Shown: positions 50,505-58,884 of the stretch, piece after piece
Layout: each line of letters opens with the position of its first letter
Numbering within the stretch: the first letter of the stretch is position 1
IMG/VR virus record: IMGVR_UViG_3300028412_000003
DNA: 64,000 bases
Strand: one strand, 5' to 3'
From: a virus
Taxonomy: Duplodnaviria; Caudoviricetes
Notes under the pieces: generated by a model
Databases searched by the model: none
What the model saw: the letters and a program-made list of their open reading frames with translations, nothing else
Told to the model about the DNA's origin: nothing
Made by a program: the position numbers and the translations under genes

Positions 50505-51570
50505 TTTTACAAAGATCCCGTTTGAAGATATAGTACGGCTTGGGCAACGCACTATGATACACCGTGACCTTTTTACAGTGAGTTGGTTACTTGGTCGTTT
50601 TTGTAATTATCGTTGTTCATATTGTTGGCCGTATGCCAGGAGTGATCGAAAAGATCACCGTCCTACAGAACTCTGTTTAACAACAATAGATGAGATTAAA
50701 CGACAAGCTAGAAACAATGGATTTAATTCTTTTCATTTTAGTTTTAGTGGAGGTGAACCAACCTTTCATCCGGGTTATTTAGATATATTAAAATACCTAG
50801 CAGATGATGTTTCTAATACAAACGGAACAACAATTCATATGACATCAAATTGTTCTCGTAATATGAAATGGTTTGAGGAATATACAGAAACAGCAAAGTC
50901 TTTTCAGCGTGCTAGTATCACAGCAAGTTTACACACCGAACATGTTAATACTCCGGAAAAGATGCAAGACTTTGCAGACAAATTGATATTTGCTCAAGAA
51001 CAAGATATACAAGTAACTATCAATATGGTAATGGTACCAGAATGGTTTGAACAATCATGGGAAAACGCATTATTCTTTCACAATCAAAATATCAATGTTA
51101 CACTTAAACCACAAAGCGATCCGACCGCATCTCGTATAGTAGATGGATATACAGATGACATGCTTGATAAACTTCATAACGGAATGCCTCAAGAAAATTT
51201 TACAACAATAAAGAGTAAATTTTACAATCGTCCTAAACAGAAAATCTCTATCCCTCAAGACGTTCCTTCTAATATGCAAGTAGAAATGGAAGATTCTAAT
51301 GGAAAGAAATGGTATATAGATCAAGCAGAAAGATTTAATGCTTTTAATTTTAACAAATTTGAAGGCTGGAGTTGTAATGCAGGATATCAGGGTATCATAA
51401 TAAGAGAACCGGATGGTAGTGTTAAGCGTTCATATTCATGTAAAGATCAACCATTAGGTAATATCAAAACAGGATTTAAAATATTTGATACACCTATGCC
51501 GTGTATTACACCGACTTGTGTTTCAAGTGCAGATAGCAAAATACCAAAGAAGAAGAAGAAGAAGATATGA
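50494..51570 (+). CDS. Radical SAM protein with C-terminal Cys-rich domain (#12)
   Basis: Start refined from 50461 to ATG 50494. CNYRCSYC, FSGGEP; C-terminal WSCNAG...SC...CITPTCVS. Confidence 0.9.
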   Translation: MSYDFTKIPFEDIVRLGQRTMIHRDLFTVSWLLGRFCNYRCSYCWPYARSDRKDHRPTELCLTTIDEIKRQARNNGFNSFHFSFSGGEPTFHPGYLDILKYLADDVSNTNGTTIHMTSNCSRNMKWFEEYTETAKSFQRASITASLHTEHVNTPEKMQDFADKLIFAQEQDIQVTINMVMVPEWFEQSWENALFFHNQNINVTLKPQSDPTASRIVDGYTDDMLDKLHNGMPQENFTTIKSKFYNRPKQKISIPQDVPSNMQVEMEDSNGKKWYIDQAERFNAFNFNKFEGWSCNAGYQGIIIREPDGSVKRSYSCKDQPLGNIKTGFKIFDTPMPCITPTCVSSADSKIPKKKKKKI

Positions 51571-52427
51571 TTATAAATGTAAACGAAGTACCTCAAGATA
51601 AAGAAATACTTAGTTTTATAAAGAAACAATTACCAGGAAACGAAGAGGATAGAGTTGGTCCTTTTATTTTTGAAGAGTTAGATGTTTGTGAACTCGGAGT
51701 TAAAACGTCTAATCTTTTAACTTCAGTTGAACAGATTGAAAGATTACATGGGCTTGAAGGATGGCAAAAACAACACGGATATTCAACTCCGCATTATAGA
51801 GGGTTTTCATTAACTTACAACAAGGAGTTTAATGATAAAAGCAGGAGCCAATATCATCAAACTTTTGGATCTAAATTTATAAAAGATTCCTTCTCTCGAG
51901 AAGCGTCTGGAGTAGTTACTATGAAAAATACATATTATGATACATATGCTTTCCGACATTTAAATTCAACAATAAAAGAACATTTTAGCGGGTTATTTTC
52001 TCGCATAAAAGGGGCAATATTACGAAGTCGTGTTGCGTATTTATATTCCGGAGAAATTGACTTAAATACATTTAAAGGAGGATGGCATATAGATGAACCT
52101 CAGTATATGATGTTGAGGTTAGTTATACCCCTTAAGACAAATGAAAATTATTATTTAAGATTTGATGGAGATGATAATCTAGGTAATCAAGCATCGTTTG
52201 ATAAGATACTCGAATACGACAAAGCATACATCTGGAATAACCGTATTCCACATGAGGTTGGGTGTTATAAAAGTGATCCACTTACAGACCCCCGGATTAA
52301 TATGATTGTTGGGTTTTCTCCGTGGTTTGACTACGATGAAGAAAATGATAGATTCGTTTCAAATAGTAATTTTGGAATACCAGTTTCTAGAATAATAAAG
52401 GATAGGTTATTTTTAAATGACAGCTGA
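51567..52427 (+). CDS. Fe(II)/2-oxoglutarate oxygenase, AspH-like cupin (diverged copy)
   Basis: RSRV.YL..G, WHID (HxD), RLVIPL.TN, PHEV (distal His), PRIN; N-terminal Y.GFSLT shared with 54638 and 55390. Confidence 0.65.
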   Translation: MIINVNEVPQDKEILSFIKKQLPGNEEDRVGPFIFEELDVCELGVKTSNLLTSVEQIERLHGLEGWQKQHGYSTPHYRGFSLTYNKEFNDKSRSQYHQTFGSKFIKDSFSREASGVVTMKNTYYDTYAFRHLNSTIKEHFSGLFSRIKGAILRSRVAYLYSGEIDLNTFKGGWHIDEPQYMMLRLVIPLKTNENYYLRFDGDDNLGNQASFDKILEYDKAYIWNNRIPHEVGCYKSDPLTDPRINMIVGFSPWFDYDEENDRFVSNSNFGIPVSRIIKDRLFLNDS

Positions 52428-53136
52428 CACAAAAATTAAGTTATTAGCTATACTGAATCACCTACTCTTTATAGGAGGAGTAGTATATTCATTTTCATGG
52501 ACAGGATTATTATATGGATTTATCATTTACTTGTTAATAGTCACGATTGGAACAAGCATTGGCTATCATAGGTATTACACTCACAAATCATTTAATACCA
52601 ATAAGACATGGGAATTAATTTTCCTTTTCTTCGGAAGCATAGCTTTTTTAGGTCCAGTTATAGCTTGGTCTGGAATACATCGTATACATCATGCTAAGTC
52701 TGATACAAATGAAGATCCACACAGTCCTTTGAATGGGTTTTTTAACACCTGGTTCCATATATTTCCTAATAAGAACATATCACCGAAGTACATAGCAGAT
52801 CTTATAAAAGATCCATGGCTAAAGTTCCAACACAAATGGTATTTTTGCATGGTCACGATTTATTTGGTGTTAGGATATCTAGCAATCGGACATTGGGCAG
52901 TTTATATAATCTCAATGCCAGCTGTGTTGATGTATCATGTAACTGGATTTATCAATAGCGTTAACCATATGATAGGAGAACAAAAATCAAAACATGATCG
53001 ATCAACTAATATTCCTATCTTATCTTTAGTTACTGGAGGAGAATCTTATCATTCTAATCATCATGTGCGTCCAGGAAGTTCGGTTTTTGGTAAGTACGAT
53101 ATAGCTAAGATTTTTTTACCGTGGATTATAAAATGA
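52417..53136 (+). CDS. Membrane-bound fatty acid desaturase (delta-9-like His-box family, copy 1)
   Basis: GYHRYYTH, IHRIHH, DPHSP and YHSNHH His boxes; hydrophobic transmembrane segments. Confidence 0.85.
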   Translation: MTADTKIKLLAILNHLLFIGGVVYSFSWTGLLYGFIIYLLIVTIGTSIGYHRYYTHKSFNTNKTWELIFLFFGSIAFLGPVIAWSGIHRIHHAKSDTNEDPHSPLNGFFNTWFHIFPNKNISPKYIADLIKDPWLKFQHKWYFCMVTIYLVLGYLAIGHWAVYIISMPAVLMYHVTGFINSVNHMIGEQKSKHDRSTNIPILSLVTGGESYHSNHHVRPGSSVFGKYDIAKIFLPWIIK

Positions 53137-54020
53137 ATTATTATGAACTTGAACCAGAAGAAAATACATTTAAAACACTTGTAGTGGACATTACTCATAA
53201 GTGTAATATGGAATGTGCCAATTGTTATATTCCAAATAGAGATATTCCAGATATGGATCTAGATCGTCTTTATGATCTAGCGAAGAGGCTACCTCGGCGC
53301 ACAGAGTTTCGATTGATGGGAGGAGAACCGACTATGCACAAAGATCTACCAGACATAATTTCTACTCTCCGCACGCTAGGTCACAGGCCTACAATACTTA
53401 CTAACGGACTCAGGCTAGGCAATTTAGACTACTGTAAGACGCTTAAAAACGCGGGCTTGCACAGTTTAAACATAAGTCTCAACGGCGCTGATGACGACAA
53501 CATCTATGTTATAACAGATGAACTTAAATGTGCAGAACGTAAAATGAAAGCATTAAGGAATGTCGTTTCTTTAAATATGTTCATCAATATCAATTGTATC
53601 ATACAAAAAGGCGTAAGTGAACCCGTGCCTGGACGGTTAATTGATATATTCCAAAATGAGTTAAACTATCCCGGTGTATTACGATTCCGCAATGTTGGAC
53701 AGATTGGCCGGTTTTCTTTAGGAAAAGAAGACAATTATACCTTTGATGAATTGATAGAGTTCATGGGTAAAGTTACTGGAAAAGATCCTGATTGGATACG
53801 TCAATGGAAACAAGTTGAAGGTTACGACGAAGAACACAACGTACTCTTTCCATTAGATGAAACAAAGAAGAGATCGACCCAGTGGATTAAAATTACGGAT
53901 TGGAGCCCTTCTTTATCTGATATTCCTGATCCAAATAGTATTAGGAGAGGAAGGATCACTCAAGATTTTAAGCTGGCACCTTTCTTTGAGCACGTTAAGG
54001 AAAACGAATTTGGATACTAA
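53133..54020 (+). CDS. Radical SAM protein, MoaA-like core without N-terminal SPASM (#13)
   Basis: Start refined from 53121 to ATG 53133. CNMECANC, LMGGEPT, LTNG.RL, LNISL.G. Confidence 0.85.
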   Translation: MNYYELEPEENTFKTLVVDITHKCNMECANCYIPNRDIPDMDLDRLYDLAKRLPRRTEFRLMGGEPTMHKDLPDIISTLRTLGHRPTILTNGLRLGNLDYCKTLKNAGLHSLNISLNGADDDNIYVITDELKCAERKMKALRNVVSLNMFININCIIQKGVSEPVPGRLIDIFQNELNYPGVLRFRNVGQIGRFSLGKEDNYTFDELIEFMGKVTGKDPDWIRQWKQVEGYDEEHNVLFPLDETKKRSTQWIKITDWSPSLSDIPDPNSIRRGRITQDFKLAPFFEHVKENEFGY

Positions 54021-54645
54021 TTTTAAGAAATATAGAGGAAAGGTGATACTAGCCATAAGCTATTTTTCTTTTGTTATAGGATTTTTTTTCTATAATTGGA
54101 TGTGGATATTTCCTGCGATAGTAGCTGGGTATCTCAGTGTAGCGATCAGTCATTATATTTTGCATTTACATTTTGGCCACAAGACATATAAAGACACCAT
54201 ACAAAATAAATTATTGAGTTTAAGTTGCTTGTTTACTGGGATCGGCACTCCTCTCGAATACGCACTGATACACCGACAGCATCACAAATATAGTGATAAA
54301 AAAGGTGATCCACATTCTCCTGTGCTTGAAGGATTTTGGAACGTGTTATTCTTAAAGATGAATTCAACTAAAATGGAACTTAATTTGATTAGAGATTTCA
54401 TCAAGAGTGAATTCCAACGGAAATTAAATTTACATTTTTTTAAGATATGGATTCTAATTTTTCTTTCAGTATTGATAATTTATCCTCCTGTGGCTTTGTT
54501 TATTATCGCACCAATGTGTATACATGCAACTACGTCAGCTCAACTAATAACAGCGTGTTGTCATAGTAATGGATACGCTGAAAATGTCCCATGGATAGCA
54601 ATTATCAATCCATGGGCGTGGAATCATGGAGATCATCATGAATGA
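54010..54645 (+). CDS. Membrane-bound fatty acid desaturase (His-box family, copy 2)
   Basis: ORF track start 53857 overlaps the upstream gene; likely TTG start at 54010. LHLHFGH, IHRQHH, GDPHSP and NHGDHH boxes; TM segments. Confidence 0.8.
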   Translation: MDTNFKKYRGKVILAISYFSFVIGFFFYNWMWIFPAIVAGYLSVAISHYILHLHFGHKTYKDTIQNKLLSLSCLFTGIGTPLEYALIHRQHHKYSDKKGDPHSPVLEGFWNVLFLKMNSTKMELNLIRDFIKSEFQRKLNLHFFKIWILIFLSVLIIYPPVALFIIAPMCIHATTSAQLITACCHSNGYAENVPWIAIINPWAWNHGDHHE

Positions 54646-55390
54646 TACAATTAAACCAGATCTTAATAAATGGTATGAGCCTTATACAAGTTGGAAAATT
54701 CCAACTAAAAATTGGGCAAAACTAAACGAAAAATATAGTTTTGATCTTGATCTTATGAGATCAAATATAATAGACATAATGCAAAATTATGAACTTAAAC
54801 CGTTTCCTAGTTTCGCTGCGGGACGTTGGGGCCACAACGAGAAAACTAGATTTGATTATAATGGCATTGGGCTTACTTGTAGAGAGGATGCCACAGATCC
54901 TCTCTACGATGCCTTAAATACTTTTAATAGAAGAGAAGTAAAAGACAAGAAATATACAGAAAACGGAATAGTTAATACGTTAACATATGAACGCAATTTT
55001 ACTCAGCGTACTGATGCTTGCACTCCGTATCTAAGTGAGATATTAGATAGATTCAGTTCAACTATGTGTAAAGCCCGTATATTAGAACTTAAACCCGGAG
55101 GGATAATATTTCCACATGTAGATTTTCCTTATTATGAACAAGTGAGATTACATGCACCGATATTCTCAAATGAAGAAACTTTTTGGGAGGTGAATGGTGA
55201 AAGATTTCAGATACCAGAAGATGGAAATTTTTATTGGTTTGACACCGGCAAATATCATTCAGTTGTAAACAAAGGAACCAACCCAAGGATTATGCTATCT
55301 GTAAATTTGTCTATCTACAAAGATAGAAATGATAATTTAATTAACACAGAAGAAAATATAGATGAAATTATAATATCGGATAAAATATAA
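54638..55390 (+). CDS. Fe(II)/2OG oxygenase, aspartyl/asparaginyl beta-hydroxylase (AspH/LpxO)-like
   Basis: Start refined to ATG 54638 (GGAG SD). ARILELKPGG.IFPHVD, VRLHAPI, WFDTGKYHSVVN...PRI.L. Confidence 0.8.
   Translation: MNDTIKPDLNKWYEPYTSWKIPTKNWAKLNEKYSFDLDLMRSNIIDIMQNYELKPFPSFAAGRWGHNEKTRFDYNGIGLTCREDATDPLYDALNTFNRREVKDKKYTENGIVNTLTYERNFTQRTDACTPYLSEILDRFSSTMCKARILELKPGGIIFPHVDFPYYEQVRLHAPIFSNEETFWEVNGERFQIPEDGNFYWFDTGKYHSVVNKGTNPRIMLSVNLSIYKDRNDNLINTEENIDEIIISDKI
54998..55277 (+). repeat. 280-bp exact direct repeat, copy 1
   Basis: Base-by-base comparison shows identity with 55777-56056 (offset 779); flanks diverge on both sides. Confidence 0.9.
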
Positions 55391-56169
55391 TGAGTATAGA
55401 TAAATTTGACACTTCAACAAAGGACATAGGCGATTACAATAATTGGTATCAACCACACACTAAATGGAAAATTCCAGATAGAAATTGGTGTAAGACCCAT
55501 AAGAAATTTAGCTTTGATTTAGATCGTATTCGAGAAGATGTATTGGAAATAAAAGAAACTTTTGGATTTAAAGGATTTCCAATAAAAGGAAAAAAACGTA
55601 GATGGGCATATCAAGGTATTGGATTAACTACACGTCCAGAAGCATCAGATCCTTTGTATGATGCGTTACATACTTATAATAAAGATGACGAAGTTTGTAT
55701 TGATAAGTTTTTTGTTGATCAAGCAACATATGTAAAAGAAGATGAAAAATATGCTCGTTATACCTACGAAAAAAACTTTACTCAGCGTACTGATGCTTGC
55801 ACTCCGTATCTAAGTGAGATATTAGATAGATTCAGTTCAACTATGTGTAAAGCCCGTATATTAGAACTTAAACCCGGAGGGATAATATTTCCACATGTAG
55901 ATTTTCCTTATTATGAACAAGTGAGATTACATGCACCGATATTCTCAAATGAAGAAACTTTTTGGGAGGTGAATGGTGAAAGATTTCAGATACCAGAAGA
56001 TGGAAATTTTTATTGGTTTGACACCGGCAAATATCATTCAGTTGTAAACAAAGGAAAAGAGAGTCGTTTTGTTTTAAGTATAAACCTTTCTTTGTATTAT
56101 GACAAAGACGAAAACCCAACTAATCATGAGATAGATATAGATGAATTCCTTTCTTCAGACAGATTATAA
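55390..56169 (+). CDS. Fe(II)/2OG oxygenase, AspH/LpxO-like (paralog of 54638)
   Basis: Same HVD...H...R motifs; catalytic core identical at nucleotide level to the upstream paralog. Confidence 0.8.
   Translation: MSIDKFDTSTKDIGDYNNWYQPHTKWKIPDRNWCKTHKKFSFDLDRIREDVLEIKETFGFKGFPIKGKKRRWAYQGIGLTTRPEASDPLYDALHTYNKDDEVCIDKFFVDQATYVKEDEKYARYTYEKNFTQRTDACTPYLSEILDRFSSTMCKARILELKPGGIIFPHVDFPYYEQVRLHAPIFSNEETFWEVNGERFQIPEDGNFYWFDTGKYHSVVNKGKESRFVLSINLSLYYDKDENPTNHEIDIDEFLSSDRL
55777..56056 (+). repeat. 280-bp exact direct repeat, copy 2
   Basis: Identical to 54998-55277. Confidence 0.9.
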
Positions 56170-56788
56170 AACTATTGATATAAAAAAAGATGATAATTGG
56201 AGAGAGATCTTTGAAAATTACCGCAATGAAATTTTACAAGCAGATGATGCATTAATAAGGAATTATGCTAAAGACAGGCTTAAAGTTGATGACCATTCTG
56301 GCTTCTTTATCACAATAAATAATTCTTTGGATATTGTTGCTTTCTATGGTGTCTATAAAAGAGACTGGTGGCCCGAAGGATTTTTTAGGATAGGAAATAG
56401 GACTTGGGTTGATCCTCGTTATCGTTCAAAATCTGCAAGGCATCACACAGGATATCCTTTTAGGTTAGGATGGTTATTTACACATGGGCATGATCCTATG
56501 ATTGAATGCTGTAAAGAAAACGGTGGTCTGATTGCGTTTGCATCAAAAGAAAATACCGGACGTAAAAAGAATGTGTTTGTTTATACCGCAGGAATAGAAT
56601 TACCAAAATTAAGACCAGAATGGAGTTTACTTGATGGATACTATAATGTAGTTGGAGTAAACGATACTAAAGATTGCTGGCAGAAAATAACATATAGACA
56701 ACTAACAAATAATGATATTTCCTTTGTTGGATTTGATCATATAAGCGACGAAGAATTTGAAGAGAGATTTATTAATGAAAGTATATAA
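56141..56788 (+). CDS. Putative GNAT-fold acyltransferase
   Basis: IVAFYGV...FRIGNRTWVDPRYR resembles GNAT beta-strand/motif A (V.P.YR). The glycine-rich continuation is not canonical. Confidence 0.4.
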   Translation: MNSFLQTDYKTIDIKKDDNWREIFENYRNEILQADDALIRNYAKDRLKVDDHSGFFITINNSLDIVAFYGVYKRDWWPEGFFRIGNRTWVDPRYRSKSARHHTGYPFRLGWLFTHGHDPMIECCKENGGLIAFASKENTGRKKNVFVYTAGIELPKLRPEWSLLDGYYNVVGVNDTKDCWQKITYRQLTNNDISFVGFDHISDEEFEERFINESI

Positions 56789-57629
56789 TGAAAATTTTGC
56801 AGGATTAGATTATAAGTCTTGGGAATTTGAACAAGTTGGATTAAAAGGTGTTGGAACAAATCACATTCCTATTTTAGGAATGGACAAATACATAGACACT
56901 TCTATGAACGAAGAATTACATGCTGAATGTAGCATTGGATTAGCGTTATGTAACACAATGAAAATGGGAGGATTTTCTGGATCGATTCCTCCTTTTGAAC
57001 AAGAAAAATATGATGGGTTGAACACATGGACTGAGTTGTTAAGAGAAATAGAAAAGTATGATCCAACTGGTTTCCATACAAAGAACATTGAGGAAATATT
57101 AAGGCGTACTAGTAAGAACAACGTTAAAGCGGTTTATCGTTATGTGTATTTTGCAATGGGTGCTCCAATTCCGTGGTTCTTTGCTGTGTATCTTTTAAAT
57201 AATAGCTTTGGTAATAAGACAAATGAAAGTAAAGATTATACCGAAGATGCAAAATATTTTCCTAAGTTAATTGAGTATATAAACAGTTTACCTTTTAAAC
57301 AAATTGGAAGGATACTTTTCTTTACAACATTTCCACATGCTGAAGTAGTGACACACAGAGATGGTCCTATGATAGCACACCGGGATCATAACATAAATCT
57401 ATTCTTTGTTGAATCACGTAAATCATTTGTGTGGAATGATACCGCCAACGAACGGCATTACCTAGACCTTGACCAAAGAAGTTATTTTTTTAATAATAGA
57501 GATTACCATGGTGTAGAAGCAGAAAAAAAGTTCCGTTACACTTTGCGAGTAGACGGAACTTTTGAAGATTGGTTACAAGAGGATTTAGGACTTGTAGATG
57601 GATACACTTGGCATCCATCTTATGACTGA
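56775..57629 (+). CDS. Fe(II)/2OG oxygenase-like cupin protein
   Basis: Start refined from 56757 to ATG 56775. GRILFF...VVTHRD (HxD), YFFNNRDYHGV (His), RY.LRVDG. Confidence 0.65.
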   Translation: MKVYNENFAGLDYKSWEFEQVGLKGVGTNHIPILGMDKYIDTSMNEELHAECSIGLALCNTMKMGGFSGSIPPFEQEKYDGLNTWTELLREIEKYDPTGFHTKNIEEILRRTSKNNVKAVYRYVYFAMGAPIPWFFAVYLLNNSFGNKTNESKDYTEDAKYFPKLIEYINSLPFKQIGRILFFTTFPHAEVVTHRDGPMIAHRDHNINLFFVESRKSFVWNDTANERHYLDLDQRSYFFNNRDYHGVEAEKKFRYTLRVDGTFEDWLQEDLGLVDGYTWHPSYD

Positions 57630-58853
57630 TTATGCAGCAGTACCATCGTCTAAGTTAATCCATGCACTGTTTTGATAACCATTAAATCTATTAGTTGTGG
57701 TGTTATAAACTATCATGCCGTTTGCAGCAGCTATTTCATCTCTTGTAGTTGTAGTATAAGAACCAAACTGTATGTATCCTCCTGATGTTATCGTATTATT
57801 AATTGCATCAATCATTATAGTTGAATCATCCGAAACAAGCGATCCACGGAAAGAAGCAGCATCAATTGTTCCGGAGATTATAGCATCCCCTACAATTTCA
57901 AGTCCTGCTTGCGGATTTACAGTACCCCATCCGATACCTGTATTGGTGATATTGAAAGTTTCTTCGGCTACTACGATTCCGTCGTTAGTAACAGAAAATA
58001 ACATACGTTCGTTACCACCAAGTATTAATGAAGTAGTTACATTATTAACGTCATCTTCTCTTTCAAAGTAGATAGCACCATAATATGCACCAATTCCTGA
58101 AATGTCACCGGTTGACTGTCTTGATAATTTAAGAATACTTCGATTGTCGTCTGATAAGATTCTTAATTCAGAACGAGCTTGGTCAGTTAATATCGTAATT
58201 TCGTTTGTTGATTTTATTTTTTCTGTGTAAACAGTTCTTTGATTAGCATCGTAAAATACAGTACTATCACCAGTTAGTATTCTAGAGACAGTTATGTTTC
58301 CGGTTACCATGTCTCCGGATGTAACATCAACCATTGCTCCAATATTTGGAGAGTTAACGTTACCATTCAACTCCCCAAACACATTGCCTGTTAGGTCACC
58401 TGTAAAAGTTCCAACACCTGCATTAACTAAGATAGTACTTCCGTCTGCTGATATAACATTACCAAATAAATTTCCAGTAATATCACCAAATAAATCGCCA
58501 ATTATAGTATTAGTAGTAGTATCAACTATAACGCTGCTATCGTCTCCAACTATATTAATTCTATAGTTTGATCCTTCAACAACACCCGAGCTTGTTGCGG
58601 TTTCTTCGGCAGGTATCCAATTAGAACCATCCCATTTTAATACCCATCCTGTAACAGGTGATATACTCTGGGTGTCTACATCTTGTAATGAATTAATACT
58701 TTGAAGTGAGTTAGCATCAACTGGAATTCCTCCTGCAGTGGTGCCATCACCAACATAGAGATTTTTTGTATCTGATGTATAATAAGGCTCACCCGCAGCC
58801 AGCGTAATAATTTGCCTTTCTGCATCGGTGCCTCTTCTTAAGCGTAGCGCCAT
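57630..58853 (-). CDS. Fibre-like virion protein with Mtd_N/hyaluronidase-type N-terminal domain
   Basis: MALRLRRGT.AER...LAAGEP.Y.SDT..LYVGDG.T.GG N-terminus; G.L.GN+ shaft repeats; C-terminal GMIVYNTT..RF.GY...W. GAGGAG SD and TAAATA upstream. Confidence 0.7.
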   Translation of the reverse strand: MALRLRRGTDAERQIITLAAGEPYYTSDTKNLYVGDGTTAGGIPVDANSLQSINSLQDVDTQSISPVTGWVLKWDGSNWIPAEETATSSGVVEGSNYRINIVGDDSSVIVDTTTNTIIGDLFGDITGNLFGNVISADGSTILVNAGVGTFTGDLTGNVFGELNGNVNSPNIGAMVDVTSGDMVTGNITVSRILTGDSTVFYDANQRTVYTEKIKSTNEITILTDQARSELRILSDDNRSILKLSRQSTGDISGIGAYYGAIYFEREDDVNNVTTSLILGGNERMLFSVTNDGIVVAEETFNITNTGIGWGTVNPQAGLEIVGDAIISGTIDAASFRGSLVSDDSTIMIDAINNTITSGGYIQFGSYTTTTRDEIAAANGMIVYNTTTNRFNGYQNSAWINLDDGTAA

Positions 58854-58884
58854 TTAGAACTCCTCGTTAACCTTTTTGTTACTT

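Noticed and set aside
34172-54020. Classical RiPP cluster
   Set aside because: No clear precursor peptide, RRE/PqqD domain, protease or exporter seen; the only short ORF (49181) is explained as a radical SAM remnant.
53133-54020. True moaA molybdenum cofactor gene
   Set aside because: Only the radical SAM core resembles MoaA; the C-terminal CxxC-x13-C cluster of MoaA is absent and no moa genes are nearby.
30984-57629. DNA hypermodification cluster
   Set aside because: No thymidylate-synthase-like, TET/JBP, nucleotide kinase or aGPT-PRPPase motifs recognised; desaturases and late-type signals fit poorly. Not fully excluded for individual enzymes.
54998-58853. Diversity-generating retroelement (Mtd_N-type gene near a long repeat pair)
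   Set aside because: The repeats are fully identical rather than differing at adenines, lie in oxygenase genes not the fibre tip, and no reverse transcriptase is in the window.
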